DNA of 64,000 nucleotides from Lama glama (taxonomy: Eukaryota): contig CM052817.1 of assembly GCA_028534125.1 (NCBI GenBank), positions 52,578,001-52,642,000 on the forward strand, read 5' to 3'. The notes under the pieces were generated by a model that saw nothing but the letters and a program-made list of their open reading frames with translations, had not been told where the DNA came from and made no database searches. Position numbers and translations under genes: made by a program. This document shows, piece after piece, positions 28,850-42,526 of this stretch. How positions within the stretch are numbered: the first letter of the stretch is position 1; each line of letters opens with the position of its first letter.

Positions 28850-29380
28850 AGCCTAAAAGTGCTGCAGGTCATGGATATTTGATTTTACCAAAGGGATGTA
28901 AGTATAAATAATAATCAAATCTACCACCCTGTTATACCACAGCAAATATTTACACTAAAAATGAGTAATTACCAAAAAAGAGTATCTGGTTAAAATATAC
29001 ATTTAGTGCAAAAGAGCAAGAATAAAACTGATGATATTTTCAACATCAACAAAAAATGGGATGAGGAAATATTATCGCATCTTTAAATGAAGAAGCTGCA
29101 CTAATAAAATTGCCAATCTGGAATGCTATATTCGATGAAATTATCCTTCAAAATGTAGGCTAAATGTAGAAAGTTTTACAAAAAACTTAAAATAATTGGT
29201 CACTGGAAATTCTTGTACTAAAACGGCTACTAAAAAATAGTATTATAGCCTATTTCTCAGTGGGAAAATGATCCCAGATGAAAGAGTAGAGGTATAGGAA
29301 GGCCTAAGAAGAAAAGGAAAAGAAAGGGAAGGAAAGGAAAAAGGGAAGGAAAGAAGGAAAAGAGTAAATATGTTGGTAAT
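28850..29380 (+). mobile_element. Decayed L1 ORF1 C-terminal fragment ending in a GA-rich tract
   Basis: ctatattcgatgaaattatccttcaaaatgtagg, ggaaaatgatcccagatgaaa. Confidence 0.55.
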
Positions 29381-29539
29381 TGCATTGGTATAGGTTTAGT
29401 AATTTATATTTTTTCCTAGAAATTTCCCAAGTTCATCACATTTATCAGATTTATTTGCACAGAAATGACCATGGTTTTCTCTGTCTTTTACTTTCTGAAT
29501 GTGAATTATAGAATAATGGAATACAGTCAATTTTCTGTG

Positions 29540-30900
29540 GTGCATTAGTGATTCCATTATCTTGGGCAGACAATTTTGGGTTTTGGAAATTAAAGTCTTT
29601 CACTCCTTTAAAGAACATCTTCCATTTTATCTCTCAGTCTTTAATATTTCCTGAATTTTTGGTTTCTGAAGTTTCACAAAGTAGTATCTAATTGGAATTT
29701 CTTTTTATTTATTCTGCTCAGGATTCTTTGGGATTGTAGAATTTTATGATATTTTTCATTCTTTTGAAAAAAAATCTCATCCATTAACTCTTCAAATACT
29801 GCTATTCTTCTATTCTCTCTCTTTTCCTATTGAGTCTCAGATTAAACAAATATTAGATGTTCCTATTTCATGTATTTTACTCCCTCCTCTGTATTTTCTT
29901 TTTTATTACTCCAGGTAAGATTCTGGAAAATTTGTATACTTTGGTAAGATTCTGACCTCAAAGTAGCTCACTTTCTCTATTCCATTGTGCCTAGTCTGTT
30001 ATCAAACTTAGTTGAGTATAGAATTTGATATTTGTTACTGGATTTTTTTAGTACTAGAAATTCTCTCGTTCTTTTTCAAATCTAGTATGTGACTTTTTAA
30101 TCTCTTTTTCCCAGAGATATTTTCAGGCTTGTCTTATTTTTTTCCCAATGTGTAATGGATTAGTATCTGATCATTCCAAAATCTAACATCTTTCTGAATT
30201 GGCTTCTATTGTATATTGTTTCTGTGCCTCTCAGATATAGCATTTTATATCCTGTGTGCCTGGTTTTCATTGAGTGTGTACTAGATATAAAATTTAAAGC
30301 TTCATTCATATAAACAATTTTAGACCTAGGATGATATTAACTTCCTGCAGATATACTATATTTACTTCTGTGCCAGACACCAAAATGGCATGGAGGCACT
30401 AGGAGACAAGGACAATCTTAGTCCAAGTTCTAGGCTTAAAATAACCTGTATTGTCCAGATGGCATTAAGCTAGGCACAAAGTCCCCAAGAGTACAATTTT
30501 ACTTCTGTTTCATTTTCAGTCGAAGATGTAGTCATAAGGGATCCCAGAATACCTTAGACTCTCCCTTTAGGTAAGCAGGCCCTGCACACTGATGTTGTTC
30601 CCTTGCTTTTCACTCCTACACAATCTGAAGCTCAATCTTCTAGATGGACTTTTTCAGAATTGAAATATACCCTCAATATAAAAATTGCTTTATACTAGAT
30701 GTATAGACATACATCTCTTTCTCTTCTCCTAGAATTTGGCCCAGTAACCCCTCACTATGTTGTTAGCATTTCATGTGTATCTTAGAATTAATAGGATGTT
30801 TAATTTTATTCACATTTTTGGTATCCTTAGTAGAGAGGTTAGCCTTAAGTATTAGCCTACTATTAGCAGAATCAGAAGTTTTAAAATTTCATGATATTTT
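29540..30900 (-). mobile_element. Decayed L1ME/HAL1-like ORF1 and 5' region
   Basis: ctgaagtttcacaaag...tttctttttatttattctgc...ctcatccattaactcttcaaatactgc resembles antisense ORF1. Confidence 0.55.
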
Positions 30901-32614
30901 GATGTTATTATAAAATGTATCATTAAAATTATACTAATTAAATAGTAAATTAATATAAAATTCCTTTTTGTTATGTAAGTCAGATTGTCTTTTTAACAGG
31001 ATACATAAAAAAAGGAAAGCATTATTTTTCATGTTCATATGTTTTTTGAGTCACACATTAAACTTAACCATCTATGACTTAGCCCTACACTAAATACATT
31101 AGACTTAGGCATATACTAACAAAAAATGTCAACAGATATTTCTCACATATACCATCTTCTTGCAGCACACATTACCAAAACACAGCTGGAAAATTAAGGA
31201 AGCTCTTTGGTAATATATAATAGGTTATGAATACTGATGAATATAAATAACTTTGTCCACAGGAAATATTCCTACTACAGAGTTGCATGTTTTCACTCTG
31301 TCACAGATGTTAATTTACCTGACAAGAAAATTCAGAGGCGAAACACAAGATGTAAACTTTTCTAGGCAATGAAGCCTGAGCTTTCCCCAGCTTGCTTGAT
31401 CACAGAGTAGCATCAGAATCTACAAAGCAAACTAGTGAGTACATTGTTGAGAATAACTTTTTTTTTTTGTATTGTGAACAACTTAGATCAGAGAAAATAG
31501 CATCTTTTCTTTCTCAACCTCCCATCTTCCATTTTGTGTTTCCTAAATTATTCATGAATGAAATAACAGTTTTCTGCATTAATGATGTATAACTACTTCA
31601 AGGGACTATGTAAGATAAAGTTATGGCAGCTTTTATGATACCCATTCATATAGCATTTTCTATTACTAATTATTATGTTGTCTTTGATAGGATACATGCT
31701 CAGGGACAGAAGGTTTCCCACTGACATGTAAGACCACTACATTTTAATAAAAAGTACATTTTTCCTTTACTGTAAGATACTTACCAAAGAGCAAGAGATA
31801 TGTTTTATTTGCTTTGGGAGTTAATATTTAAAAAATACTTGCGAAAAATTAGGCAGGACTTTTTAAATTCTGGTTTTTCACTCATTTATTAAATACCTTA
31901 CATGATACAATGCTATCAGCTAGATGAATATGGATAATATTTCAGTGGAAAATTAATGTCATCTGCAGAATATTCTTATCTTCCCACATTGTTTACTCAT
32001 ATCTTTACTCAGAATGATGCATGCAGAGAGATATAATCTCTCAAATTTGTGTATTGATTTTTTCATGGCAATGCAAAATTTCATTTTAAAACTTACTGGG
32101 TTAAATTTTTTTTAACAGGATGGAGGGCTTCACCTTTTCAAGAAGTGATGATTTGATTTCAAAAATACAAAGATAAATATTAACTAGCAATTGCCTTTAG
32201 GGAGATTGTTTCTTAGCTATCCCTAGTAGAAATCATATCAATTGATTCTAGTTGGTTTATTTATATAAAGCTTTGAGAAGCAGTTTCAATGCTTTGTTTT
32301 TCACCATAGAACTTGAGAATTGAAATTGTTCTTATATAACTTCTCGTTAAACTCCTTCACTGTGAGGTATGGAAAGTGAACACTAAAGAAATCAATTATC
32401 ACTATTTTAGCAGGTATTTATAATAGCTATTATCCTGTATTTCCATTATGTCATATTGACTCTTCCTGCATCCTTTGTTGTCAATAAGCATTTTTCTTAA
32501 TCAGCCAGTGCTTAAGTTAGTATAATAACCAGGAACCTCCCTTCTATTACTTGCAATATAAGCAGATTATCAAACATGGCAATTACGATGATCACCTTAT
32601 TACATTACCAAAAT

Positions 32615-32913
32615 CAGTTGCTGCAAACCGGTTTTGTTCCACAAATAAGATTTATTTGTCCCTCACAGTGTTGAAAGTAAGATTAATTTGTTGAGAGAAA
32701 ATTGAAATTTTGAAGAGCTTAAATAAAAATACAGACTTGCTAATTTTCATGAGGTTATTATACATGCACAAGGATAAGTGTAATGCAGCAGTCATGATGT
32801 AAACATTCTACTTGTCACAGTCCTCACCACTCCATATTTTCTGGCAACCATCTGACTTTTCTTATTTACATGGCCTGCCTTCTGTCTGAAGGAGTTTCAG
32901 TTTGTGACCCCTA
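32615..32913. mobile_element. MER102-like hAT-Charlie element
   Basis: Ends cttgtcacagtcctcaccactcc...tggcctgcct...tcagtttgtgacccct. Starts cagttgctgcaaac, a degenerate terminal inverted repeat. Confidence 0.65.
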
Positions 32914-34591
32914 GAATTTCTAAAACAAGGAAAATGAAAACTTGAAATCTAAAGAGAGATACAACATGTAGTGTGTGTCTATTATGTGTCAGACATCCTG
33001 CTGAGGTACTTTCAAGGTTATTCTGTTGTATCCTTTACTCAGAAATTCTGAGTGGGGTTGACATTTTCATATTTTATACCTACAAGATTTTCTTTCATTT
33101 TTCTATTTTCTTACTTAAAAATAATATAAAAATTGGATGCAGTCTTTGTATTTTCAAATTACCTAAAATATTCATCTTTTTTCATTGGCTTCTCCTCCAG
33201 ATTGCTATTAATCAATATATGAAAATGTAATATATATGTCACATGTATTTATTATAACGTAATTGTTTAACCTAATACAACATAGTAATATTCAGTCTGT
33301 ATACTTGTTTATATAAACAAATCATCACTTGGGTTTCTTTGAAATTTTTTATTTTATTTTTTTCATTTGTTTATTGATATAAATGTATTTTAGAATAGAA
33401 TACAATAATTCCCTAAAGCATATAGTTACCAAGTATTTTATTATGGAATATAATGAGGAAAAAAATGCAGACATTCTATACCTAATTTTATATAAACTTT
33501 GCGGTCTGTCCTCTTTAAGTGCTACATGATTATCCATTATTTATTCAGCTTTCTTATTACCACATGAGAAATGTGACAATACCAAGTCACCTGGAGCCTA
33601 ATGATTTATTCAGACACAGAAACAAATGTAGTCTACTCTGTGTTTTATTCTTCTCAAAAAGTTGTCCGTCCTCTCTCACTGGCTACAAATGCAGAATTAT
33701 AATATTTACCTTTAGTTGGCATGTCCACGTGTCTCTGGAAAGAAAGTGATTGGTTTAGTCTTTTGTCATAGAACATAAGGAGATTGTTTTCATCAAAATA
33801 CTCATAGTCTGACTTTTAGGTCAGGCACTTATGCTTCATCCAACAAACTCTGACAAATCTAGCAGTACACATGGTTAACTTCAGTGAGCTGTAATAAGTT
33901 TCACTTAAGAAAACAGAAAAAAACCCAGAAATTATTGGCAATATGTTTATTATAATGTATTTCAATGTTATATTTTTGTCTAATAAAAATAAATGTTTGA
34001 TGTGGCATGTATATTACTGATATAAAAGGGTCCTTTAGTGTATTATACAATCATGTGCTCTCTTTATAAAGTACTACTGCTATACCTGTGCTAGTACTGC
34101 TGCACCTGCTTTTTAAGGAATTTTTCTTATATATTTTTAACATTTTCAAATGTCTTCATTAGTCACATGTTTATGCCTCTTGAAAGATAAACTAGAATAT
34201 ATATCTAGGTTTTAAAAATTTTATTTTGCAATTCACCTGTTTATACAGATCTAGTTCATCTTTACAGGCGGATATATATATATACATTATATTATATCTA
34301 TTACTGGCATTTTCTTTGTATTTTGGCTTAATATTTAATTTTTTGCCATTTTCTGTATATTATATTTTATTCCTATATATTTTCCCTAGTAATTTAATAA
34401 TTTTACAACTAATTTATTATATTATATAAAGTTTATAATGAAGGAAAATAAATTATATAATCAATGTTAAAAAGCATTTATTTTGACTCCCACATATGCA
34501 AGTTCTATAATATAAGTAAGGGCATATTACAGTGTATTTAAATCTGCCTGCCCTAGTTTTCTTTACTTTCATTGACATAGGATATGGAATA

Positions 34592-34958
34592 TGTCTTTGT
34601 CAGTTCAGCCTGTATTAACAACATACCATAGCCTGGGTGGCTTAAACAACAGAAATTTGTTTGTCATAATTCTGGAGGCTGAGAAGTCCAAGATGAGGTG
34701 CCAACATGGCTAGGTTCTTGGTAAGGGCTCTCTTACTAGTTTATAGAAGGGACATTTCTTGTTGTATCCTCACATGGAAAAGAGAGCCCTGTTTTCTTCA
34801 TGTCCTTATAAAGACACCAGTCCAACCTGTGGGCTCTATCCACAGGACGTCATCTAATCCTAATTACCTCCTAGCGGGCCCACATCCAAATACCCTCATA
34901 TTGAGGATTAGGGTTTCAACATATGAACTGCGGGGACACAAATATTCAGTCTGTAATA
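34592..34958 (-). mobile_element. MLT1A-type MaLR solo LTR
   Basis: ctgggtggcttaaacaacagaaattt...tctggaggctgagaagtccaagat...ttagggtttcaacatatgaa. Confidence 0.9.
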
Positions 34959-34979
34959 GGAGATTATATACATGCATTT

Positions 34980-35134
34980 AATTTATTTTTATTTTATTTA
35001 TTAATTTTTTGTTTGTTTATTGGGGGGTGTAATTAGGTTTGTTTATTTATTTATTTTTAATGGGGGTTCTGGGGACTGTCCAGGATCTCTTGCATGCTAT
35101 GCATGCACCTTACAACTGAGCTGTACCCTTCCCC
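34980..35134 (-). mobile_element. Camelid tRNA-derived SINE (Vic-1 type)
   Basis: Minus strand reads GGGGAAGGGTACAGCTCAGTTGTAAGGTGCATGCATAGCATGCAAGAGATCCTGG...CATTAAAAATAAATAAATAAACAAACCTAATTAC plus A-rich tail. A box present, B box degenerate. Confidence 0.85.
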
Positions 35135-35149
35135 TTTATTTAAATTTAT

Positions 35150-35493
35150 TAAAGAAAAGAAAAAAGAAAAAAAAACCAACATAAATACAAAACAGAAACA
35201 GACTCATAGACATAGAATACAAACTTGTGGTTGCCAAGGGGGTGGGGGGTGGGAAGGGACAGACTGGGATTTCAAAATCTGTAGATACTGACAGGCATAT
35301 GCAGAATAGATAAACAAGATTAAACTGTATAGCACAGGAAAATATATACAAGATCTTCTGGTAGCTCACAGCAAAAAAAAAAAGTGACAATGAATATATG
35401 TATGTTCATGTATAACTGCAAAATTGTGCTCTACACTGGAATTTGACACAACGTTGTAAAATGACTATAACTCGATAAAAAAATGTTAAAAAA
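35150..35493 (+). mobile_element. 5'-truncated camelid L1 3'UTR
   Basis: aaacagactcatagacatagaatacaaacttgtggttgccaagggg...actgtatagcacagg...ttgtaaaatgactataactc plus A-tail. Confidence 0.9.
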
Positions 35494-38400
35494 CATTTTT
35501 AATTTATCAACAATTATATTCATATATATAGTACCTGTAGTATATGTAAATATGTATGTGCATTCATTACATATTAATATTTATTTCTAAAATAGTGTAT
35601 ATTTTTATAATGAATATAAATTATTTTTGTCATAAAAATAATAGATTCTGATGGTATTTTATTTATCATAATTATTAGACATCTCTAAATGTTTTAATGC
35701 TTACATAATTTATTATGCAATAATTATAATATGACTTAATAATCATTAATATTATAAATGATATGACAATCATAATCCTAGTAGATATTTTAAAATTTAT
35801 TATTCACATCTCCAATTTATTTCTTTGACTACCTGTAATTAAATGTATAGCACTTAATTAAATCAGAATGGTTAAGACACTACATTCATACTGAAAAATT
35901 GTCATCATACATACTATTCAATTTCTGTTTTTAAAAATACTTTATAAAAATTTTAGCAGTTATTTGCTAATGCTAATTTTAAAAATCTTCACTGATTTGA
36001 TAAAGTGTGAGGTATGATTATTTTTTGTGTACCACATTTTTGAGAATTTATGAACACCTGAAATTCTAATTTTTTGAAAATTCTTGTTATATTTGCCAGT
36101 ATTATTCTATGGAATTCACATTTGTTTTATCTATTTTTGAAGTCTGTGTTAATACCATAAATTTTAATACTTTACTTGACATAATAAATATTCAAAATTA
36201 CATTATTTTTGCATTTTATTATTGAAGTTGAGTATAAAAAATTTAAATTATTCATGTTCTCTGTCATATGAGTATTTGTATTTGTGATTTGTTAGTAATA
36301 TTTAATTTGGGGTGTCATTTTTATCCTAGGATGATAAAAATACATTTGTTGCAGTGCCATTCTGTTGTTTTTAAAAATTCTCTTAGACAGTCATCATACT
36401 TTGAAAGATTTTGTTATATATGTTAACTTAAATTTATTTTACTTCCTAATAATTAAAATATAAGTGAATCATCATTTATGATATAATTTATTCAAAATGT
36501 TTGTGTGATATTTCTTAAATATTATATTCTTTTGTATTCTGTTTGATGTTGTTTCATTTTCACCACTTATATTTTATTGTGTAAATAGATTAGTAGCATG
36601 CTGTTCCAAACTTTGTAACTTTTACTTTGCAATACATGCCATGGAAAAATTCCATCTCTATTATTCCTTGAATAATCCTTGTACATTCTTTTTTGATAAA
36701 TCTTACATGCACACACTGAAAAGTTATGACATGAGATAATTATTTTAAAGAAGGAGCGAATGTTAAATGAACTAGGAATGGAAAATGAATCATATAAAGA
36801 AGTTTTAGAGATGAGGTGTAGGTAATAGGAGACTATTACAAACAATGTTATGGCACTAGATTTAAAAATATAGAAGAATTGAAAATATTCTTAGAGAAAT
36901 TACTTACCAAAACTAACTCAAATGAAGTCAAAATATTCAACAATTATATACTCAATAGAGAAATAAACTAAGCAGTTTAATTCTTACACTTTCAGGATTT
37001 TAAATCCAGTTCTATCAAATACCCCAAAAAGTTACAACCTTGTAAATGTTGGGCACTATATATTTAAACAAAAGTCAGAAGACTGTTAAACCTTACTACA
37101 GCCTTGTATTCTTATTGTGAGTTTAATATAATTCTATGGATATTCTCTCATATAAAAGTTTTTTCAAACCTTATTTTCAATTACTCTAAGTCACTATTTT
37201 ATGTATCATAATTATTTGAGGGAAACAAAGAAAAGCACGGACAATTATTGACAGCATCCTGCAATTTTGTGTCCCTATAGTATCACTCTTGTTTTAAAGC
37301 AAACTTCCAAAGTAATTGGGTGTTGTTGGGCATAACATACATGTGAATGAATATCTAGTTTAAGCTTGTATCATAGAAATATGAAATACTTTATAATTTT
37401 ATTTTTTGGATAACTTACATAATTGCAAATATTTGTATAATGTTTTATATTCACTTATTACAGACAAAATGGGTGCGATTGTCTCATTTTTATGTGGTAA
37501 AAAAGTATTTAACCTAGTTTGAAATAATTAAATAGTATCAAGTGAGGATTTCATTTACTGTAGGAAAAAAATCATGCTGTCTTCTATAAATGTAGTGAAA
37601 AAATTAAGTATTCTTTTTATACTCAGGACAGGAAGAATATACAAGTGATTTGGCATAGCTTTTATATTTTCATTAAATTCATAATAGGCTAATAGTATGT
37701 AAGCAGCATAGATGTATACTTTGGAATTTCAAAGCAGGAAAAATTGCCTTTGAATATTGATGTCAGAATTGCTTTAGAAAAAAATTCTATGTACTGAAGA
37801 GTAGGTCCTCAACTTTATTGTGTTTTGTATTTTCTTGGTTTTGTTATCATCATCATTATCATAATCATCATCACAGAATATCTGCTAAAAATTAAGTAGA
37901 AAATGCATCTACTAGGATACTAAACTGAAAATTACATTCAATTCACTTATTTTGTGTGTTTATTTTGTAAATTAAATAGATAAGCAATGAAATAAAAATG
38001 CTACAGTATGAAAATTAATAGAGTTTTAAATCTGCCATTAATTCTTCAGAAATAATATGTGTAGGATTACACAAGATGTACAAACAAAATAAAATTCAAA
38101 CTAAAATCAGTACTGAAACCTAATTTAACATCCACAAAAGTCTGCCTATATTTTCTTTTTTCATTAGTCAGTATCTGATGTTTTTATTTTTGAGTAGTGT
38201 TATACATGGAGTTAGATTTTTCTGGGAAAATCAAATATTTTTGGATATTGTTAAGTCAATTTAACACTTATCATAAAATTTCAAGTATTACTACAAAATC
38301 ACACTTGACTTTCAGGTATATAAATGTCTAAATTTATCTCATCTGTTAATATCTATCTATCTATCTATCATTTTCCTCTACTTCTCCCTCCCCTACTATC

Positions 38401-39299
38401 TCCCTTCCTCCATTCCTCTTCTTCCCTCCCTTTCTTCCTATTTAAGGGCTAAGCATTCCAAGGATATTGTTTTTCCCAGCACTAATTAGTGAGACAATCA
38501 TTTCAAAAGTAGTGACAAACTAATGAAAAAAAAATCATCAGCAATTTGCATTTGATAATGCTGCTTAACAGAGCAGGATGTTTGCTGTCCAGATTTTGTC
38601 TAAAAGTCAAAACAGATATCTAAATTATAACTTTGTAACATCTGCTTCCTCTTGGGGACTATGTGTATGGACTTGGACAGATGTGAGAACTGCAAAAAAT
38701 GACTGTAACAAAGGAGACAACTAATAGTGCTGTCTTAAAAAATGCAGCCCGTTTGAGTTTATTGAAATGAACTCCAGACTGAGATTGAGATGACATGCAC
38801 CTGTTCCTCCAAACTATTGTTCTGGAAAGAGATAGTGCCTTTATAATTATTATTTTCCATCGTGTGAAAAAAAAAACACAGAATATTGTAATATTGAAGT
38901 AGTGTTTTCCTGAAAGTGTCTTCAATTTGTGCAAAATCATGGTGAATTTCATTGTCTGGTGAATGTATGTTACAGGAATGAAAGTGGTGGAAATAGATTA
39001 GGCTTATCTACTTGTGTATGCAAATGATTCTTTACAAATGGTGGAAACAATTCTGTAAACTAAGTTTCCATGATTACACACCAGAATACAAGGGGACCGT
39101 CTTCATGCAGCTTTAGTATCTTAGGGATGGAAAACCTGTTAAGTAACCTCTAGATAGACAATCAAATATACTGGAGAATTAGAAGAGCACAGTTGTCATG
39201 GTGAATTCCTGAGGCCAAGATTGAAATAGTTTAGATTTTTATTTTACATAAAGAAATGAATTTTTAAATGTATGGTTTAAATTTAAAAAAAAAAACATA

Positions 39300-39745
39300 G
39301 CCCGTTGTGTGCTCTTTGAGTTAACCATATCTGTAAATACTCATACTCCTCTCATAAAGAGTTAGAGTAGATGTGGTCTTCTTCTGAACCTTACCATAGT
39401 TGGTGGTGTGCCTCAATGATTAGAATGTGGTCAAAGTGGTGCTACATGAGTTCTGAGACTAGGCTAGAAAAGAACATGCAGTTTCTGCTGGTTTGTCTTG
39501 GAACAGACTAAGGAGCCCATGTGGAGTAAATTGCCCTAGGAGATTCAGCTAATCCCAACTGTTTGAGTCTTCCTGACTGAGGTATGTGAGTAAGGAATTT
39601 TATAGGTAACTCCACCCAGCCACTCTCTGAATGAGAAATTGACCAATGACTGATTAGTTGAGCCTAATTGATCCTGAGAACTGTAATACATGATAAAAAT
39701 AAGGGAATGTTGTTTTTATGTGCCTAAATATGGGGTGGTTTGTTA
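39300..39745 (+). mobile_element. MLT1G/H-like MaLR LTR
   Basis: tagaatgtggtcaaagtgg...gagttctgagactaggc...ggggtggtttgtta. Confidence 0.7.
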
Positions 39746-40302
39746 AAGTTTATTCAGTAGTACATTCATGATACTTAAATAAACAATAACCCATCTTGTC
39801 CTTTGGAAAATATTCTTTTTTGAAAAGTTGTAATTTGTTTTATTTAAATGTAAAATGTGAAATAAAATGCATGCGAAGAGCTGGATTTATTCATGAAATC
39901 TTCTGTGTTCACTGTTGTGGAAATTGGATCTTGAATGTAGTCTTTTTAATAAGTGTGTATCACAAAACTATTTGCCTGATATTTCTCAACCTTAGTCTGT
40001 GCTATCTGAATTGAAATGTGTATCAGCTCACATCATTGCCGATCATTGTCTTGATATCCATGTAAGGGATTGCTCACAGATAGAAAAGGGATATTAATAA
40101 TTGATATTGTTTCCAGAATGTACATCCATTTGATTGTACTCATTCCTTCACTTGTGACTTACCCAAGTTGCCTTCTGTGTTGATCTGTTGTTCATGATTG
40201 AAGTTTTCAAGGGAATTGATTGTTTTGGTTAAGAAATGTGCAGGTAGCCATATTGTGAGTGGACTTGAGAAGGTCAGTCCTGGCCAAGTAGGGTCATATA
40301 CT

Positions 40303-40372
40303 AGGTAGAGACCAGAAGTACTGCAGAATAATCTACAATGCACCATTATCCAGCACAAAATGTCAAACAGTC
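40303..40372. mobile_element. MER20 fragment (hAT-Charlie)
   Basis: gtagagaccag...ctacaatgcac...ttatccagcacaaaatgtcaa. Confidence 0.55.
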
Positions 40373-40389
40373 TCTACCTGTAGTAACAA

Positions 40390-41984
40390 AAAAGCAAATC
40401 CACAGCTGCTTGGGGATAAGAGAAAAGGTTTACAAAGAGAAAAATGTGAGGAGTGATTTATATGTTCATTATCTTGATTGTGGTGATGGTTATATGGGCC
40501 TATTCTTATGTCAAAACTTATCAAATTGTACACTTTTAATGTGTACAGATTATTGCATGTCAGCTATGTCTTAAGATGTTTAAAAAGCCAGTATATAACT
40601 GGGAATCTGAGCCTAGCAAAAATATTAAATAATGAAAAAGAAATTAGAAAAATTGATAAAGAAGGTCAAAATAAAATTGAAGGAACTGAAAACAGTAAAA
40701 TGACACACCTAAACCTACTCATATTGATAATTATATTAAATATGATTATATATGTATATTAATGGATCTATTAAAAGTCAGAGATCATCAGACTTGATGA
40801 GAAAACAAGGCACAACAACAGAGTTGTGCTTTAAATATTAAAATTTAGGTAAGTTGATAGTAAAAGAACAGAAAAGCATGTGCCATAAGAAGAACAGACA
40901 TCATGAACAAAAATTAATTAAAGGTGAACATAAATGTGAAAATCAAAATTATGTTCCTAGAAGATAGCATAGCAAGATATAGTTGCAACTGGTGTATAGA
41001 CGTAAGTTCTAAAACTGAGACCAGAATACAATGACTATAAAATTTTTTAAAAAGATGTATTAGATTTCATAATTAAAAACTTCTTTATGAAAATAAAGGA
41101 AAAATATGTCCCATTTGTTGTCAGTAAGAAAATTAATAAAGGCACCACAGACTGGGAGAACAAACTGCAAAACATTTATCAGACAAAGGACTTGTATTCT
41201 GAATATATAAAATATGCCAACAACTTCATACGAAGATAATAAACAGCCCTATAAAAATGTGGGAAGACATTGGAGACAACAGGAGGATGGTATACAAAAG
41301 ATCAACAAGCATGTAAGAAAATGTTGAACATCATTATCCTTTAAGGATATGCAAATCTCACGCACATTGCCATCAACCCTATCACAGTATTTGCTGAGAT
41401 ATATGGCAAGAAGAGTGAGGAGCAGGAAAGCACTGGAAAAAGTGAAAAAGGAGCAGGGAGAAAAAAAAAATGCATTAAACTAAACTACACATCCACCAAA
41501 AAGGTGAGCAGAGAATAGAAACTCTTGTACATTGTTGTGGAAGGAAAAATAGTACAATCACTATGGGAAAAGTCTGGAAGTTTTTCATAAAATGTAATAT
41601 ACACTTAATTGTGGAATCAAGAGAAATGAAAGCACATATCCAAAAAGTTTGCACAGGAATGCTCACAACAACTTATTTATAATTGGTAAAACTTGGAAAT
41701 GTCTCAGGTCTTCATTCGCAAGACATTGAACTTTTCTTTAAAAAATGGCATATTCATCAATGGATTATTACTCAGAAATAAAAAAAAGATACACAATTAC
41801 ATGGAGATAATTCAAAATTATTATGCTGAATTAGAGTCTCATACAAAAAAATACATGCTTTATAATCATATTTATTAAAATGTGTAAAATAGGCAGGATT
41901 AATCTATTTTTAAAAAAGATTGAAAAAAATGTCTTTTAGGGGTGAAGGAAAGACATGAAGGAACTTTGTGGGGTGATAAGGAAT
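40390..41984 (+). mobile_element. Patchwork of old L1M fragments; the last 3'UTR is interrupted by the younger L1
   Basis: tatcttgattgtggtgatggtt, acagactgggagaa, aaaggacttgtattc, catattcatcaatgga, catgaaggaactttgtggggtgataa. Confidence 0.75.
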
Positions 41985-42459
41985 TCTTTTTTATTTAAAT
42001 CTTTCTTATTAAAGTATAGTCAGTTTACAATGTTGTGTCAATTTCTTGTGTACACTGTAATGTTTCAGTCATACATACACATACATATATTCGTTTTCAT
42101 ATTCTTTTTCATTATAGGTTACTACAAAATATTGAATATAGTTCCCTATGCTATTCAGAATAAACTTGTTGTATACCTATATTATATATAGTATTTAGTA
42201 TCTGCAGTGCTTGAACCCCAATTTATCCCTTCCTACCCCCTTGCCCACTGATAACCATAAGTTTGTTTTCTATGTCTGAGAGTCTGTTTCTGTTTTGTAA
42301 ATAAGTTCATTTGTGTCTTTTTTTTTTAAGATTCCACATATAAGTGATATCATATGGTATTTCTCTTTCTGACTTACTTCACTTAGAATGACAATCTCCA
42401 GTTCCATTCATGTTGCTGCAAATAGCATTGTTTTATTATTTTTTATGGCTGAGTAGTAT

Positions 42460-42463
<4 letters not shown>

Positions 42464-42522
<59 letters not shown>
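42464..42522. repeat. (TG)~29 microsatellite within L1 ORF2
   Basis: Uninterrupted TG run. Confidence 0.97.

Positions 42523-42526
<4 letters not shown>

Noticed and set aside
35060..35134. Possible tRNA-Ala gene
   Set aside because: The B box and acceptor stem are degenerate and it continues into a SINE tail.
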